Source of the DNA: the human T2T-CHM13v2.0 reference genome, Homo sapiens
Length of the DNA: 64,000 nucleotides
Assembly: GCF_009914755.1 (NCBI RefSeq)
Contig: NC_060925.1
Reading direction: 5' to 3' (one strand)
Part shown: piece by piece, positions 1-15,554 of the stretch
How the letters are laid out: every line of letters begins with the position of its first letter
Numbering within the stretch: position 1 is the stretch's first letter
The notes under the pieces: generated by a model
Databases searched by the model: none
Told to the model about the DNA's origin: nothing
The model's input: the letters and a program-made list of their open reading frames with translations, nothing else
Translations under genes and position numbers: made by a program

Positions 1-59
1 AAATAATACCAACATTTTTATTAAAATATAAAAGAAGATAATCTTTTTCATTAAAGAGA

Positions 60-1315
60 AAAGAAAATATGGGACACTTTCTAATTTATTTTATCTGACT
101 ATCATAGATGTAATATTAAAGCTAGACACATACATTCAAGGAAAAAAAAATCACAGACCAATATTCCCCATTAATAAAGGCACAGAATTCAACAACAAAG
201 TATTAGTAAACTTAATCTAGCAAAATAGAAAAATTGTAATACATCTTAGCAAAGAAGAAGTGTTCATCCCAGAATGCAAGGTTAGTTCAATGTTTAAGAA
301 ACAATCATTTTAAGTCTGAAAATAGAGTGAAGGAGAAAATTTTTATGATTATCTCAATAGGCACAGATTAAATTTAGCCAAATTTAATTTTAATTCATAA
401 TAAAAACTCTTAACAAACTAAGAATGGATAGAAATTTCCTAAACTTGATAAAATTCACCTATAGAAAAGGCACAGCTACCTTCACACTTAATGGAGGAAG
501 ACTGAATCATTTTTCCTGAGACTGGCAACAAGACAAGAGTGTTATTCTAATAATTCCTAGTGAGTACTTTACTGGGGATTCCTAACCAATGCAGTAAGAC
601 AAGAAAAAGAAGTAAAAGGCATACACAATGGAATGAAAAAAGCAAAACTGTCTTCATTCACAGACAGCACAATTGTTTACATGGAAAATTGTTAGGAATC
701 TACAAAGTAACTAAAATAATTATTAAGTAAATACAGCAAATCTCAGGATGCAAAAAAAGAATCCATTTTCTTCATATATTCTACCAACAAGTATTTTTAA
801 AGCAAAATTATTAATAATGCAATGTATGACTGCATCAGTAAACAAATCTAGGAAATGTTTGTAGCAACTTTATACATATCACAAAACTGCAAACTACCCA
901 AATATTCTCAACAGGCAAAAAGATAAAGATGTTGTATTACAGCTATACAATATAAAACTACTCAGCAATAAAACAGAATAAATTACTAATATTATATGCA
1001 ACAACATGGAGGAATTTGAAAGCTAATATAAGCCAGATACAAAATATATATGCTATATTATTTGATTCATCTATATTCCTAGTACCAGCAAAGCTAACAT
1101 GATGAAAAAAAACCCAGAACATTGGTTGTCACTGGTTGTTTGGTGGTAACTGGGATAGATTTGAAATGGACACATGAGTGCTACCTAGGATGATGGGAGG
1201 GTTCTATGTTTTGACAGGGATGTGGGTTACACAGATACTTGTATTTATCAAAGTTGACTAAATTGTACATCTGGTATCTATGTATTTTATTGTATGAAAA
1301 CTGTATTACAATGAA
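60..1315 (+). mobile_element. Ancient L1M (L1MC/L1ME-like) fragment: degraded ORF2 RT region joined to 3' end/3'UTR
   Basis: Degenerate matches to ORF2 (cacagaccaatattcc, ttcatcccagaatgcaaggttagttcaa, atgattatctcaatagg, gcaacaagacaag). After about 850 it jumps to the L1 3' end (atgtttgtagcaactttat...gcaacaacatggaggaat...). Confidence 0.8.
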
Positions 1316-3619
1316 AAGAAAAGAAAAATGGAGGAAAAAACGAGGCAGGGAGAAAAGGAGAGAGATGAAGAAGAGGTAGAAGGAACAGAGGGAGAGAGAA
1401 AAAATAATGGTCCTAGGAACTGGGGAGGATGTGAGCCAGGAGCTTGGGGTTACTGTTGCCAACAGCTGAGAAAATAGGCGAGCAGAGCTCTGAAGGGTCA
1501 GTGTCTCAGTTAGAATTTTGTAATTCTTTAAATGGTTAAACTAAATCTTGATACAAAAGGAAAGCATATTTTGGGGATGCAAGATGGAAAAGATAAGCTC
1601 TGACCCCTGACTTCTGCTCTATTGGCTTTAAATAGCAGTTGGATTTATAAAAGCCTATTCTCAGAGATTCGTTTGTATAGTTTTCTTGTTCAGTTTCTTT
1701 AACTTGGAATATAAAAGTTGTTCCAAATTGCCCACTGTATATCTGCCAAACTTTTATGTGAAGAATTGGGTGGCAGGTGTTTCATTCTGTAGTCATTCTT
1801 AGAAGGGTTTGTTCCCATGTTTGAATGGAGTCAGTTGTGCACTTACCCCTTCCCCCAAGCTCTCATTGCAGCCTTGCCTGAAATCTATTCTTCTGAAGTA
1901 CAGTGGAATGTTAACCCATTTATAATTGCAATGATCATTCATTTCTCTTTCTATTGCTTTGCTGTGCCAAGCACATGGGAGCTAAATTCTTGGCAAAAGT
2001 CTTTTTTTGCTTGTAGTAGTAGGAAGCAGAACTTACTCTGCCCTGAAATGTGCACAGTGGAGGGAGATGAGGAAAGCCCTGTAGTAACGGAGGAAGGAAT
2101 TTCTCAATTCAACAATTGTTATATAAAAGTAAACTTTCACTGCAGCTACACTGAGGTACCTCCAGGGTGTGGCAGCAAAATCAGAAAAAAAAATTACCTT
2201 GAGAACAAGAAACTCCAGAAACTCAATATCAAATATATCAATTCAGACTCATAACTGCCCTACTGGGCAGTTATCATTAATCCTTTCTATTTCATATGAT
2301 GAAACTTATGTTCAAAAATAGATGCTAAATAACTAGTCTAGGTAAAAAAATAATTTCTATAGGTGAGATTTTAATTTTTGTGTATCAAATTCCACACTGT
2401 ACTGTTTCCTTATCTCAGATTGTTTTATGACTCTACCCCAAGGATCTAGCACAGTGCCTGGCACTAAATAGACCCCCAATGAATATGGGTTAAATTAAAA
2501 ACCCACACAAAAGTTAACCCCTGTGGTAGATAGCTGAGGACAATGCCAAGTTTAATACATGTGTCTCTAGAGCATCTCAATTTTCTCAGGATTATAGGAA
2601 ACATGGAAAGCTGAAATGTAATTAACTAACTATATTATGGAATATATTGCTTTTTAATAAGAAGAGTCATGTGTTTCCAAGAATCACTATTTAAAGAAAT
2701 ACTTACATTAATAAATCACTTTAAAAGTTTCTGGCATGATTAGGAGTTTCAACTACTAGACCCGAACTCACTAGCTCAGGGACTTGAGATTGGCTATTCA
2801 GTAATCACCAAAGATATGTTTTATAACTCTCATGAAGTTGTTTGACCTTTATATAGCACCAAGACAACTATCACCATGGCTGCTGATGGGTGTGGCAGGC
2901 AAATGACTGACAGTCAATCACATCCTAGTTGAGTTAGGCAAGCTCATTCATGGAGGGACCAATATTAATCTTTTGGGAGGTTTTTTTAGTTTGTTTATGT
3001 GTTGTGTTTTTGTTGTCTTTACATTGGGCCAGTGGTCTTCAGGTTTCAGTGAAGTCTCTGATATTTTATGAAAACTTTTGTGAATATAAATCTCTTATGG
3101 TTTCGGTGGAGAGGCTTTATAGCTTTATAAAATTAGTAATGAATTCATAATACCAAAATTACTAAATATCATTCTAGGCCTTACAGTTCAAGGGGTGCCC
3201 TCAGAGGCTCCATCTCTCAAGTTTCGCTGTAATGAAAAGAGTATTCATTGTGGTGGAAGCTCCATGCATGGACGGGAACACAGATGGCCTCTTCTGATAC
3301 CTTCATTCATTGCGTAAGTACCCACTATCATTTTAATATCCTTTCTCTGATCACATGACTAAAGTATGGGCTAATGGAAAGCTGGTATCCTGCAGAGTCG
3401 AGAGTTATTTTCACCAGAATGCAAAAATTTGACAGCGTATCTTATTCAGTATGGCCTTGGACCTAGTGACCACCCTCCTTTTTCTCTTCATGGAGGTGTT
3501 TTACTGGGAGATGTTATTTGTCTAGAGTACACAATAATGCCTGTGATGTTTCCTGTCAATAACCCAAAATATTCTTGAGACATCTAAACATATAAAGATT
3601 AATGGTGATGATTATGACT

Positions 3620-4030
3620 ACATGACATTTTGAAAAAGGCAAAACTATGGAGACAGTAAAGATGTCAGTGGTTGTCTGGAGTAAGTGGAGACAGACAACG
3701 AATAGACGGAGCATGGAGAAATTTTAGGGCAGTGGAATTATTCTGTATAATTCTGTAATGGTCTATATAAGCCATTATATATTTATCAAAACCCATAGAC
3801 TGTACAGCACCAACAGTGAAAAGTGAATACTAACATAAACTGTGGACCTTGAGTGATAATGATGCATTGATGTAGGTTTATCAGTTGTAATAAATATACC
3901 ATTCTGGTGTGTGATGTTGGTAATGGGGGAAGCTGTGCTTCTGTGAGGCAGAGTATATGGAGACTTTCTATGCATTCTGCTCAATTTTGTTGTGGAACTG
4001 AAAACTACTCTTTAAAAAGAGGTTATTGAA
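3620..4030 (+). mobile_element. L1MC1/L1MC2-like 3'UTR fragment
   Basis: aaaggcaaaactatggagacagtaaa...caaaacccatagactgtacagcacc...taaactgtggaccttgagtgataatgatg...aaaactactctttaaaaa. Confidence 0.8.
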
Positions 4031-4731
4031 AAAACAATCTGGCATAATGGGAAACAAGGTACTATGTTATGGTAAACTGGGCTTGTTCTCAATAAAACTC
4101 AATGTGAAATTGTGGTAATCCTGGGTTGGAACATTTGCTATAGCCTTGAAAACAACAAAGCCCTTTTCCTCCTCTTAGCCAAAAATCAAGATGGCAGAAT
4201 GGGTCTTTAAAAGGCAGGCTTTGGATTACCTTATCCATCCAAATTCATGGAAGGAAAATGTAGGTAGGAACAGGAAACAAACCCATACATATACAACTTT
4301 TTATCACACAGTGCCCACAAAAAGACCTAATCTGATTAATGAGAGTAAAAACATCTTGGGGAATGAGCAAGAAAAAAGGCACTTTGAAGATCATAGTAGA
4401 TGAAGAGATTGGCACATTCCTTTCATCTAGAGCCCTGCTCATTAATATTATTCCATCCATGCACTTAACATTAGAGTTTCCAATCTACTCAGAATGATTG
4501 AATTCCTATACATATATTCTCCTTGAGAGGAGAGACCAGTGAAATGAAGCAGTTCAATTGTTTTGCCAATTTAATTTTTTCAGTTATTGGCATTCCGGTT
4601 TATTTATCTCTCTTCTGGTAGGAGCTTATTCTTATATATCCAAAACCCAGCATGGTTCTTGAACACAGCAGAAACTCAATAAGTGTTTTTACATTTATCC
4701 TGAAATATAGATATTCTAAACCTCTGCAGAG

Positions 4732-4920
4732 CAGTGATTCTCAAAATGTGGTCCCCAAACTAGCAGCATCAGCATTACGTGAGAATTTGCTGGAAACACA
4801 AATTACTGGATCCCACCCAAGACCTACTAAATCAGAAGTTCTGAGGGTGGGGCCCAGAAAACTCAGCTTTACCAAGTCCTCCAGATGATTCTGATGCATG
4901 GTAACATTTAAGAAATACTT
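4732..4920. mobile_element. MER5A (hAT-Charlie non-autonomous DNA transposon)
   Basis: cagtgattctcaaaatgtggtccc...agcagcatcagcatt...gacctactaaatcagaa...gatgattctgatgca. Confidence 0.85.
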
Positions 4921-5389
4921 CTTTAGAGTGTAGCCTAATGAACTAATGAACTGAAGTTCTTGAACCAGACAGATGATACCATAATGAGCCCACCAAGTTC
5001 CGCCTTCTGAAGGGCTTGTTGATGGCCCCTGTAGGCTCACGGGGCTGCAGCCCTGCCAGTTTGCTGACTTCCAAAAGGCCTGACAGGAGGTGTTTTCTGC
5101 GGTATATTGAACACAGATCAGAATGTGACCCTTACAAACTCAGACTAACCTTTGTCAACCCTATATTACCGTAGGCATTACCTCAGGAATGAATTGAAAT
5201 GATCTAGGCTCAGAGAAAATTATACGTAAACAAGAATGGCCATTTTAAAATGTACAGTGTGAAAGACAACTCTCATTGCATTTCCTCTCTATAGTCAGCC
5301 TAACCTGAAGAAGTCAAAAAAACTTCCTCAAAAGCAGACAACCAATCCCAGAAAAGTTAACTTAATTGCTTTGTGCTTAAACAGGCTAA

Positions 5390-5660
5390 AATAACAATAA
5401 AAAGGCTAATATTTATTAAATATTTTCTACGTGCCAATCATGGTGCTAAGTAATTTACATACATTCTATAATTTAATCCTCACAACAGCTTTATGAGTTG
5501 GATATAATAGTATCCCCATGTTGTGCACTAGAAAACTAAAGGGTAAAGAGGTTAAATCGCTTTGCTGGGATTACCCAGGTAGTAAACATCAGGGACCAAG
5601 ATTTAGACCTTAGTCTGTCTTAAAACAGAGAAATACTATTAATTACAATACTGAGCTGCC
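5390..5660 (-). mobile_element. MIR SINE, near full length
   Basis: Reverse complement of the MIR core (atttaatcctcacaacagctttatgag...gaaaactaaagggtaaagaggttaaat). Confidence 0.8.
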
Positions 5661-6259
5661 TGCCATAAGACCAACACAGCCCTCCCCAACTCAGGGTAAC
5701 CTTGCCAATAGGGCTATGATAGCTACAGTCCCTTTGCCAAGACTTCTTCATCAGATGGCAAAACTAAAATGGGCTCTATATAACTTTTTTTCCTCTATGT
5801 TTCTGTTGCCTGACCAATATCCTTAAACTCCAGGGTGCACTTTCTTCAACTACGTCAATATTTCAATCACACGAAAGTAAGGGTCTTCAGCAGGAGAGCC
5901 ACTGCATCTCTTTCAGATAACTTTGTACATCTTTGCTCTAATTCATTGTTGAACTTACTGGTTTTCTCTTAGAGAATAATCTTTTTGCCACATTCCTGAT
6001 TTCTTAAAGAAACTCCTATTCATTTTCCCCAATTGTCAGTTAGAGTTCAAATCCATTGGGCAAATTTCTATAAAGCAGAAACCATGGATGGCATGGAGCC
6101 AAATTTCTACCATTTTAATAAACTCTTCTCTGCCTCCCTCCCCATTTCCTTAAAATCCTAAAAGTAAAAAAGAGAGAGAAAGAAATAAAAGTTAAAACCA
6201 AGCACTTCCCATGTCCCAGGCAGTTTCATCTTATTATTTCACCTAAGCCCCTGCCTCCC

Positions 6260-6380
6260 ACCAGGAATCCTGTCAAAGTAGGCATTACTATCTCCAGTTT
6301 AGAAATGGAGAAATTGTGGTTCAGAGAAGATAGAGTTCTTGAATCACTTGGATCAAAGTATTTCTGTTACCAAAGCCTGG
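6260..6380 (-). mobile_element. MIR fragment
   Basis: gtaggcattactatctccagtttagaaatggagaaattgtggttcagaga. Confidence 0.6.
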
Positions 6381-6619
6381 GTTTGTTTCTCTGCTCACAT
6401 GAAGGTTTGATGGCTTCTGTAGCCTCACATGAAGGGTAGATGGTTTTAAGAGATTGTCAGAAGGTCAACTGGAGAGCAAAGGGAAATAGCCTTTCCTGTA
6501 CCCCATTATATTCTTGTAATCTCTTCCATTTGATAGTTTGTCTGCCTACTGAACATTTTGACAGACTTTGCATCTTCTGTGACTTTTAAAAGTACAAGTA
6601 GGTAGCAAAGTAAGACATC

Positions 6620-6765
6620 CAGCAACATCCTTGATTTGCAGGTCAGGAAACAAAAATTCAGAGATGTTAAATGTTTTAGCTAGGGTCAATTATCTATGAA
6701 AGGTAGAAATGATAGCCGTACCTAAATCTTCTAATTCCTGAGTCAATGCTCTGACAGCTACACCA
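6620..6765 (-). mobile_element. MIR fragment
   Basis: ttgcaggtcaggaaacaaaaattcagagatgttaaatgttttagctagggtca. Confidence 0.6.
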
Positions 6766-9173
6766 TGTTCCAGGACACATGGTTCTCTAGTTGCCAATAT
6801 AACAGGAAGGACAATTCACGGAGGAGCCCAATATGGATTTTAAGAGGTAACAAGACTGTGACTGTAGCATGAAGTTACCCCCAAATATTCCGAAAAATTA
6901 GTGTTGGTGTCCCAAATCTCACACAATTACCAAAACAGAGAACCCATTCTCTGGTTGTCTTTGAAAAATACAAGTTTTTAAGGAAGAATGATCATGAAAA
7001 AAGCTAATTAGAAGGGGCCTCAAGATGGCCAACTAGAGACATTTAGCATTTACAACCTCCACAAATTAGAACCAAAATAGCAAGTGATAATCCCACTTTA
7101 AACAGAACATTTAAGAGAGAACACTGGAATTCCACAGAGCAATGACAGGAAATGACTGAGGCATATAAGGAGAGGGAAATGAGGTAGACATATTGGCCAA
7201 GATGAGCTGGGACCCTGGAGAGGCTCCCCAGTATGGGGAAAATTAAGTAACAGAAACATAGTGATTCACATTTCCACCACAGACTTCTTCAACCCTAGCC
7301 ATGGAAGAGCCTTTCGACCTTCACAGGCCCTGAGACTTGCATAAGGAGCTGCCCAGAGACTGCATGATGACAGTGCCTCAGAGAGTGAGCCCATGCTGGG
7401 TCCCATGCACCCCTGAGTCCTAAGAAGCTGATGCATGGTGCCATTTTGAGATCCCAGCTCCCACCAGTCTTCATCTTGCCCTAGGTACCAAGAGCTCCTG
7501 CATCTGCACATCTTTAGAGTTTCACTGACATCCCCACATGTCCACCCAGAGGGCTGTAGTGGCATGACGCTGATTGAGCCCAGCATAGTGGCAGGGCTCC
7601 CAACACCCTAGCATATGTAGTATCTTGTGCTCTGGGTAACAGGTGGTGCAGCACACTGGGGAGGCTGCCCCAGGACAAAGGGAGCCAAAGCACATGCTCC
7701 TGAGAGCTTGAAACCCTCTTGGTATGGCTGCTGCCACTGACGGCAACCCCGCTGTCACCAGAAGCAGGGCCACAGCACCCTTGCCTGTCCCCTGAGTACT
7801 GGCTCTCTCGACTACTGTCACTGCCACAGCCACCGCTGTTGTCACTGGGGGCTGAAGTGCATGCTTCCCCAGAGACTGAGAGCCACCTCCATGCAACTGC
7901 TGCCACTGACCACATCTCTCCCCACCCAACCCCTGCCAGCACATACATGTGCCCTGAGGACAGAATCTTCCTGCCTGCTGCCACTGTCACTGTCACCATT
8001 TGAGGCCAAAGCATGTGCTATGGCAGTTGCCTCACAACCCCATCAGCAGGACTACCCCACACATACATGCACCCTGAGTACTGACTGTTTCTGCTGCTGC
8101 CACTGCCATAGCAGCAGAAGTGCATCCTCCCCAGAATCTGACAGCTGCCTGCCTTTGGCTGCTGCCACTGACAGTAACCCACTCCCTAAGGACCAAGGCT
8201 GCAGTGCACTTGTACACACCCTAAGGACATGCCTTCCCTGCCCACCACCACTGTTGGAAGGCCTGTGAATCCCCTCCCCTGCCTACTAAATCTGGCATCT
8301 ATGCACACCACTGGGGTCCCTGAGGATAGGCCCAGTGGGCCTGGTACCATGCTTCCCAGTGCATAAGCATGCCACCTGGGGACCTGGAGATCACCCTGCC
8401 CTATCCTCCACCAGCGGCATCTATACACTACTCCCAGGAGCCTGAGTATGGGCCCATCTAGCCTGCCAGACCCACCACAGTCAGCAACCACAAACATGTA
8501 CCACCTGGGGGCCTGGAGACTGGCCCATCCAACACATCGCAGCCACCACTAACACCAAAGAGTGCTGCTTAGGAGCCTGAAGATTGTCCTGCCACCACTA
8601 CTGTAGTCACCCACGTCACATACACTGTCCAGGGGCATGGAATCCACCCATTACTGCCACTGTTGGCACTTAAGCAAGTCAACTGAAGGTCCAAGAATTA
8701 TCCCACTTGGACCTTTTAATACCAATACACATGTACCCTGCCCAGAAGCCTGAGGACAGGCACACTTGGCCCACAGCTTCCACAACTGAGGCCTGAGGAC
8801 TGGCCCATCTGCATCCCTGTCCTCAGCAAAACCTCAACACAACCTCCATTAACAACTGCAGCTTAAGCCACTGAAGAAATCATGAACACAACTGACACTG
8901 CTTCGAGCTAAAGAAATCATATGGAGACTACACTACTGCATACACCAGAATCAAAGCTAAAGTGACCTACCCAACCAACAGCATATATATATCTTCAGGA
9001 GAAAGTATTCTACTACAGTAGCCAATCCAAAAATGTAGAAGTGACTACTATATCAGTTCAACATAAGAACACAGGAACATGAAAAAATAAGTATGATATC
9101 TCCAAAGGAACACAGTAATTTTTTGCAACAACAGATTCCAATAAAAATGAAATGTATGAAATGCCAGAAAATG

Positions 9174-9511
9174 GGCTGGGCATAGTGGCTCATGCCTATA
9201 ATCCCAGCATTTTGGGAGGTCGAGGCAGGCAGAGTACTTGAGGTCAGGAGTTTGAGACCAGGCTGGCCAACATGGTGAAACCCCGTCTCTACTAAAAATA
9301 CACAAATTTGCTGGATATGGAGGTGCATGACTGTAATCCCAGCTACTTGGGAGGCTAAAGCATGAGAATGACTTGAACCTAGGGAGGTGGAGGTTGCAGT
9401 GAGCTGAGATCATGCCACCGCACTCCAGCCTGCGCAACAGAGGGAGATTCCGTCTAAAAAAAAAAAAAAAAAAAAAAAAACACAGAGAAAGAAAAGAAAA
9501 AAAGAAAGAAA
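9174..9511 (+). mobile_element. AluS
   Basis: Dimeric Alu with A-tail; TSD gaaatgcca(a)gaaaatg on both sides. Confidence 0.95.
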
Positions 9512-12254
9512 GAAATGCCAAGAAAATGGATTTGAAATAATGATACTAAAGAAAATCACTGAGATACAAGAGAATGCTGACAAGGAATACAAAGAAATCA
9601 GAAAAACAAGTCAGGAAATGAATAAGAAATTCACCAACAAGATAAATGTCATAAAAAAGAACCAAACAGAAATCATGGAACAGAAGAATTCAATGAATAA
9701 AATAAAAAATACAACTAAGAGACTAAGAGCTTCAACAGTAGACTAGATCAAATAGAAAAAAGAATTTCAAAATTTGAAGACTGGTCTCTTGAAATAACTC
9801 AATCAGATTTTTTTTGAAAAAGAAAAAAAATGACAAAAGTTATGTGACATATGACACCCCAAAAAGCCAGTAAGTATTGAATTTTTGGTATTCTAAAGGT
9901 TAAGAGAAGGCCAAAGGCATAGAAAATCTGTTTAACAAATTAATAGCTGAAAACATCCCAGACAAGATATTTATACATATAGATAGAGGAAACTCAGAGA
10001 TTACCAAACAGAAACAACCTAAAAAAGTATTTTCCACAGTGCACTGTAGTCACACTGTCAAAGTCAAAGAGAGAATTCTACAAACAGCAGGAGAAAAACT
10101 TCTAGTTATGTATAAGGGAACCTCCCTCAGACTAACAGCAGATTTCTCAGCAGAAACATTACAGGCCAGGAGTAAATGGGATGATATATTTAAAGTATTG
10201 AAACAAAAAAAGAAAAAAACTATCATCCATGAATACTATACTTAGCAAACTTATCATTCATAAATGAAGGAGAAATAAAGTATTTCCCAAATAAGCAAAA
10301 ACTGAGGGAATTCATCACCACTACACCTGCCATTCTAGAAATGTGTAAGGGAATCCTACACCTGGAAATAAAAAGGTTATATCTACCATCATGAAAACAC
10401 ACAAAAGTATAAAATTCGCTGGTTGACCAAACACACAAACAAGGAAGAGAAAGGACTCAAATGTTACCATAACAGAAAACCTACAAACCACAATGATAAA
10501 AATTAAGAAAGAAAAGAACAAAGAAGAGTAAGACAACAAGAAAACAATTGACAAAATGACAGGAATAAGTCTTCACATATTAGTAATAGCCTTGAATGTA
10601 AATGATTTAAATTTTTCGGTTAAAAAATACAGACTGGCTGAATGGATTTTAAAATGACCCTATTATATGCTGCCTAAAGAAACTCACTTCACCTGTAAAG
10701 ACACATATATGCTGAAAGTAAAGAAATGGGAATAATATTCCATACAATTGGAAACCAAAAGCTAGCAGGAGTAGCTATACTTATATCACATAAAATAGCC
10801 TTTAAGTCAAAAATATTTAAAAAACACAAAGAACTCATTATATAATGAGAAAGGGGTTAATTCAACAAGAAGATATAACAATTCTGAATATATATGTATG
10901 CAACAGTGGAGCAAATATAAAGCAAAGTTATTAGGTCTAAAGGGAGAAATAGACTTCAATACAATAATAGTTAAGAATTTCTATACCCCACTCTCAGCAT
11001 TAGAGGGTTTATCTTGACAGAAAATTAACAAACACTGGATTTAAACTGCACTTTAGACCAAAGGGACCTTACAGTCATCCACAGAACATTTTATCCAACA
11101 GTTGCAAAATACACATTGTTTTAATTATCACATGAAACATTCTCCAGGATAGACCGTATGTTAGGGCACAACCAATTTTAAAAAGTCAAAATTATATCAA
11201 ATATTTTCTCAGACCACAATAGAATGAAACTAAAAATTAACAGAAAAGGGATCTTTGGAAACTGTATAAACACATGGAAATTAAGCAACATGACCCTGAC
11301 TGACCACTGGGTCAAGGAAAAAATTAAGAGATATCAAAAATGTCTTGAAAAAAATGAAAATGGAAACACAACATATCAAAACTTATGGGATAGAGCAAGA
11401 GCAGTGCTAAGAGGTAAGTTTATAGCAGTAACTGTCTACATCAAATAGTAGAATGATTTCAAATAAGCAGTCCAACAATGTACCTCAGGGGCTAGAAAAG
11501 TAAGAACAAACCAAACCCCAAATTAGTAGATGGAAATAAAGTATATAAAGATCAGAGCAGAGCTAAATAAAACAGAGACAATAAATATATATAAAGGATC
11601 AAAAAAAGAAAACGTGTTTTCTTGAAAAGATAAACTGCTAGATAGATTAATAAAAAGGACTCAAATAAACAAAATCAGAAATGAAAAAGGAGACATTATA
11701 ACTGATACCAAATAAATACAATAGATCATCAGAAATTATTATGAACAACTATACGCTAACAAACTGGAAAACCTGGATAAATTCCTAGGCACACACAACC
11801 AGTAAGATTGATTCAAATGACATAGAGAACTTGAACAAACCAATAATGAGCAAAAAGATTGAATCAATAATAAAAAGTTTCCTGACAAATAAAAGTCCAA
11901 TACCAAATGGCTTCATTGCCAAATTCTACCAAACTTATAAAAAAAGAACACCAATTGCCCTGAAACTATTCCAAAACATTGAAGAGGAAGGAATTCTCTT
12001 AAATCCACTCTACGAGGCCTGTATTACCATTATACTAAAAGTACACAAAGACACAACAACAAAAAAGAAAAGTACAGCCCAATATCCCGGATGAACACAA
12101 ATGGAAAAATTCTCAACAAAATAGTACCAAATTTAATTTAACAGCACATCAAAAAGATAATAAAACACGATCAAGAGAGATTTGTTCCAGGAATGCATGG
12201 ATAGTTTAATGTATGTAAATCAATAAATGTGACACGTCACATCAATAGAATGAA

Positions 12255-12630
<376 letters not shown>

Positions 12631-13010
12631 TTACAAGTCTATAGTAATCAAAGAAGCATGGAAGCATGCTATTGGTATAAAAACAAACAGGTAGACCAAT
12701 GGAACAGACATTGTCTAGTCAACCCAGAAATAAATCTATGTATTTACAACCAAAAGATTTTTGACAAAGGAATTAAAAAACATACACTGGGGAAAAAAAC
12801 ACCCTCTTCAACAAATGGTAGTAGAAAATGTGGACGTCCATATTCAGAAAAATAAAATTCAACCTCTATGTCTCAACATATACAAGAATAAACTAAAAAT
12901 GGATCAAAAATTTAAATGTAAGACCTGAAACTATAAAACTATTAGAAGAAAATATAGGGAAAACACTCCAAGACATTGGTCCAGAGAACGATTTTATGAC
13001 TACAACCTCA

Positions 13011-13346
<336 letters not shown>

Positions 13347-15069
13347 GAGGCAGGAAAATCAAAAAGCAGACAAATGAGAAATGAGACTATATTAAACCAA
13401 AAGCTTCTGCACAGCAAAGGAAACAATTGACAGAATGAAGAGAAAACTTATTGAATATGAGGAAATATTTCATCTGACAAGGGACTAATATCTAGAATAT
13501 ACAGGGAACTCAAACAACTCAACAGCAAATATTAATAATTCCATTTAAAAGTGATCAAGGACATTAATAGATATTTCTCAAAAGAAGACATACCAAGGGC
13601 CAATAGGCATATGTAAAAATGCTTAACATCACTAATAATCAGTGAATCCAAATCAAAGTCACATAAAGATATCTTACCCCAGTTAGAATGGCTCTTAATA
13701 AAAAGACAAAAAGTAACAGAAGCTAGCAAGGATGCAGAGAAAAGGTACTGTTGGTGGGAAGTAAATTAGTACAACCCGTATGGAAAACAGTATGGAGATT
13801 TCACCAAAAACTAAAAATAGAACTACCATACAATCATGCAATGCCACTACTTCGGTATATATCCAAAGGAAAAAAATATCAGTATAACAAAGGGATATCT
13901 GTACCCCCCATGTTAATTGCAGCAATATTCACAACAGTAAAGATATGGAATCAACCAAAGTGTCCATCAATAGATGAATGATAAAGAACATGTGGTTACA
14001 TACACGACAGAATACTATTCAGCCATAAAAAGAATGAAATTATGTAAGTTGCAGCAACATGGATGGAACTGGAGTGAAATAGGCCAGGCACAGAAAGACA
14101 AATATTGCATATTCTCACTCACATGTGGGAGCTAAAAAATGTTGGTCTAATGGAGGTAGAAGGAGAATGAAGATTACCAGAGGCTAAGAAAGGTATGTGT
14201 GGACAAACATGAAAACATCCAGTTGGATAGAAGGAATAAGTTCTACTGTTTGATAGCAGAGTAGAATGACTACAGCTAACATCAATGAATCACATATTTC
14301 AAAATAACTAGAAGACAGGACTTGAAATGCTCTGAACAAATAGAAATAATAAATACTCAAGGTAATGGATACCCTAAATACCCTGACTTGATTATTACAT
14401 ATTATATGCATGTAACAAATTACCACATGTACCCCATAAATCCTTATAAATATTATATTAATATGTCAATAAAAAATTCTTAAAAAGAATCATCATGAGG
14501 AAAAAAGCTTTCTATTTCCCTCATTTCCAGGACTTTTTCACAGGCAGGATGAGCAGAAAAGGAACCTGGTACCAACTGCTTCTAACAAAGCTATGCATAT
14601 AGACCTAATTCTACTTGCTTTTTCTCTTTAAAAAAAGGTCCATGCTCAGAATCACAATCATAGATGTCTCTTGGTTAGGAGGTTACTTGAGTCTTTAGGT
14701 AGCAGGGAGCATGCCATTTTTCTTTATACTCTTGGCATTCATTCAGGCTCCCAGGGGCAAGTTAGTGACCAGCAAATCCAGTAAAAACAGAAATCGTTAC
14801 CTCATAAAACACCAAGAGACTTTCCAAGCCTCAGGGAGAGTAACACCCCTGCCCTTTCTAATTCACAGACCACATTCCAAGTGCAAAATGGAATCATTTT
14901 TGTTTTCAAAGTGATGCTAATTTATTAGCCATGGTGGAAATGTTGACTATGGTAATTGACTTCAAACAGAATATCTTCAGTCCAGAGAGCTTGAGGCGAA
15001 AAGGGAAGTCAGTAGGGAGGTGAACAGAATCCAGTAGGGTTCTCCAGACCAAACTGACTGCACTCAGCA

Positions 15070-15370
15070 ATTCATCCACTCACTTTCCTCCTCATTAATT
15101 CTTTTATTATTGACCTACTAGATTCCAGGGACTTCCTAGGTGCTGGGGGTATACAGCTGTTAATATATGAACTGTTTTCTCATAGAAATCATGGTTGAGT
15201 CAGGAACACAGATGAGTAAACACAGCATCACAGACAAGTTTGTTTCCTTCCCAATGGAAGCACGTACTAAGAATGTGGGAAATGTCAGAAAAGCACTGCA
15301 AAAGGGACAATGTCAAGGAAGGCATGAGAGAGTATGAGAAATTTGAAGGACGATGAATCCTGAAGTATGA
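15070..15370 (-). mobile_element. L2 3' fragment
   Basis: ttattattgacctactagattccagggacttcctaggtgctgggggtatacag, the reverse complement of an L2 3' end. Confidence 0.6.
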
Positions 15371-15554
15371 CTTACACGAATTTGTTTAAATAAAACCTCA
15401 GATCATACAAGGAATAATTAAATATATGTTAGAGAAAATCTCAAGGTGGGATGAGACAATTTCACAAGGGCCTCAAATTTTATTTTGGGTGTTTTTCCTT
15501 CTTAGGATCTCTTCTAAACTGTCTCCTTGGAGGCTTAAGTAAGTAAAAGTCTTT

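Noticed and set aside
1817-2254. 145-aa plus-strand ORF in unique sequence
   Set aside because: No recognisable domain or exon context; an ORF of this length is expected by chance.
5957-6067. Minus-strand exon-like segment (ctgctttatag|...CCA|gtaagt)
   Set aside because: Weaker donor context, stops in all frames and no independent support.
7266-8497. Stack of overlapping 94-166-aa ORFs
   Set aside because: They lie in the GC-rich repetitive L1MA 5'UTR, where stop codons are rare.
9048-9592. Alu-derived ORFs (also at 12.3, 13.0, 31.5, 35.3, 38.3, 42.1 and 50.0 kb)
   Set aside because: Typical Alu translations (LECSG..., [10 protein letters not shown]).
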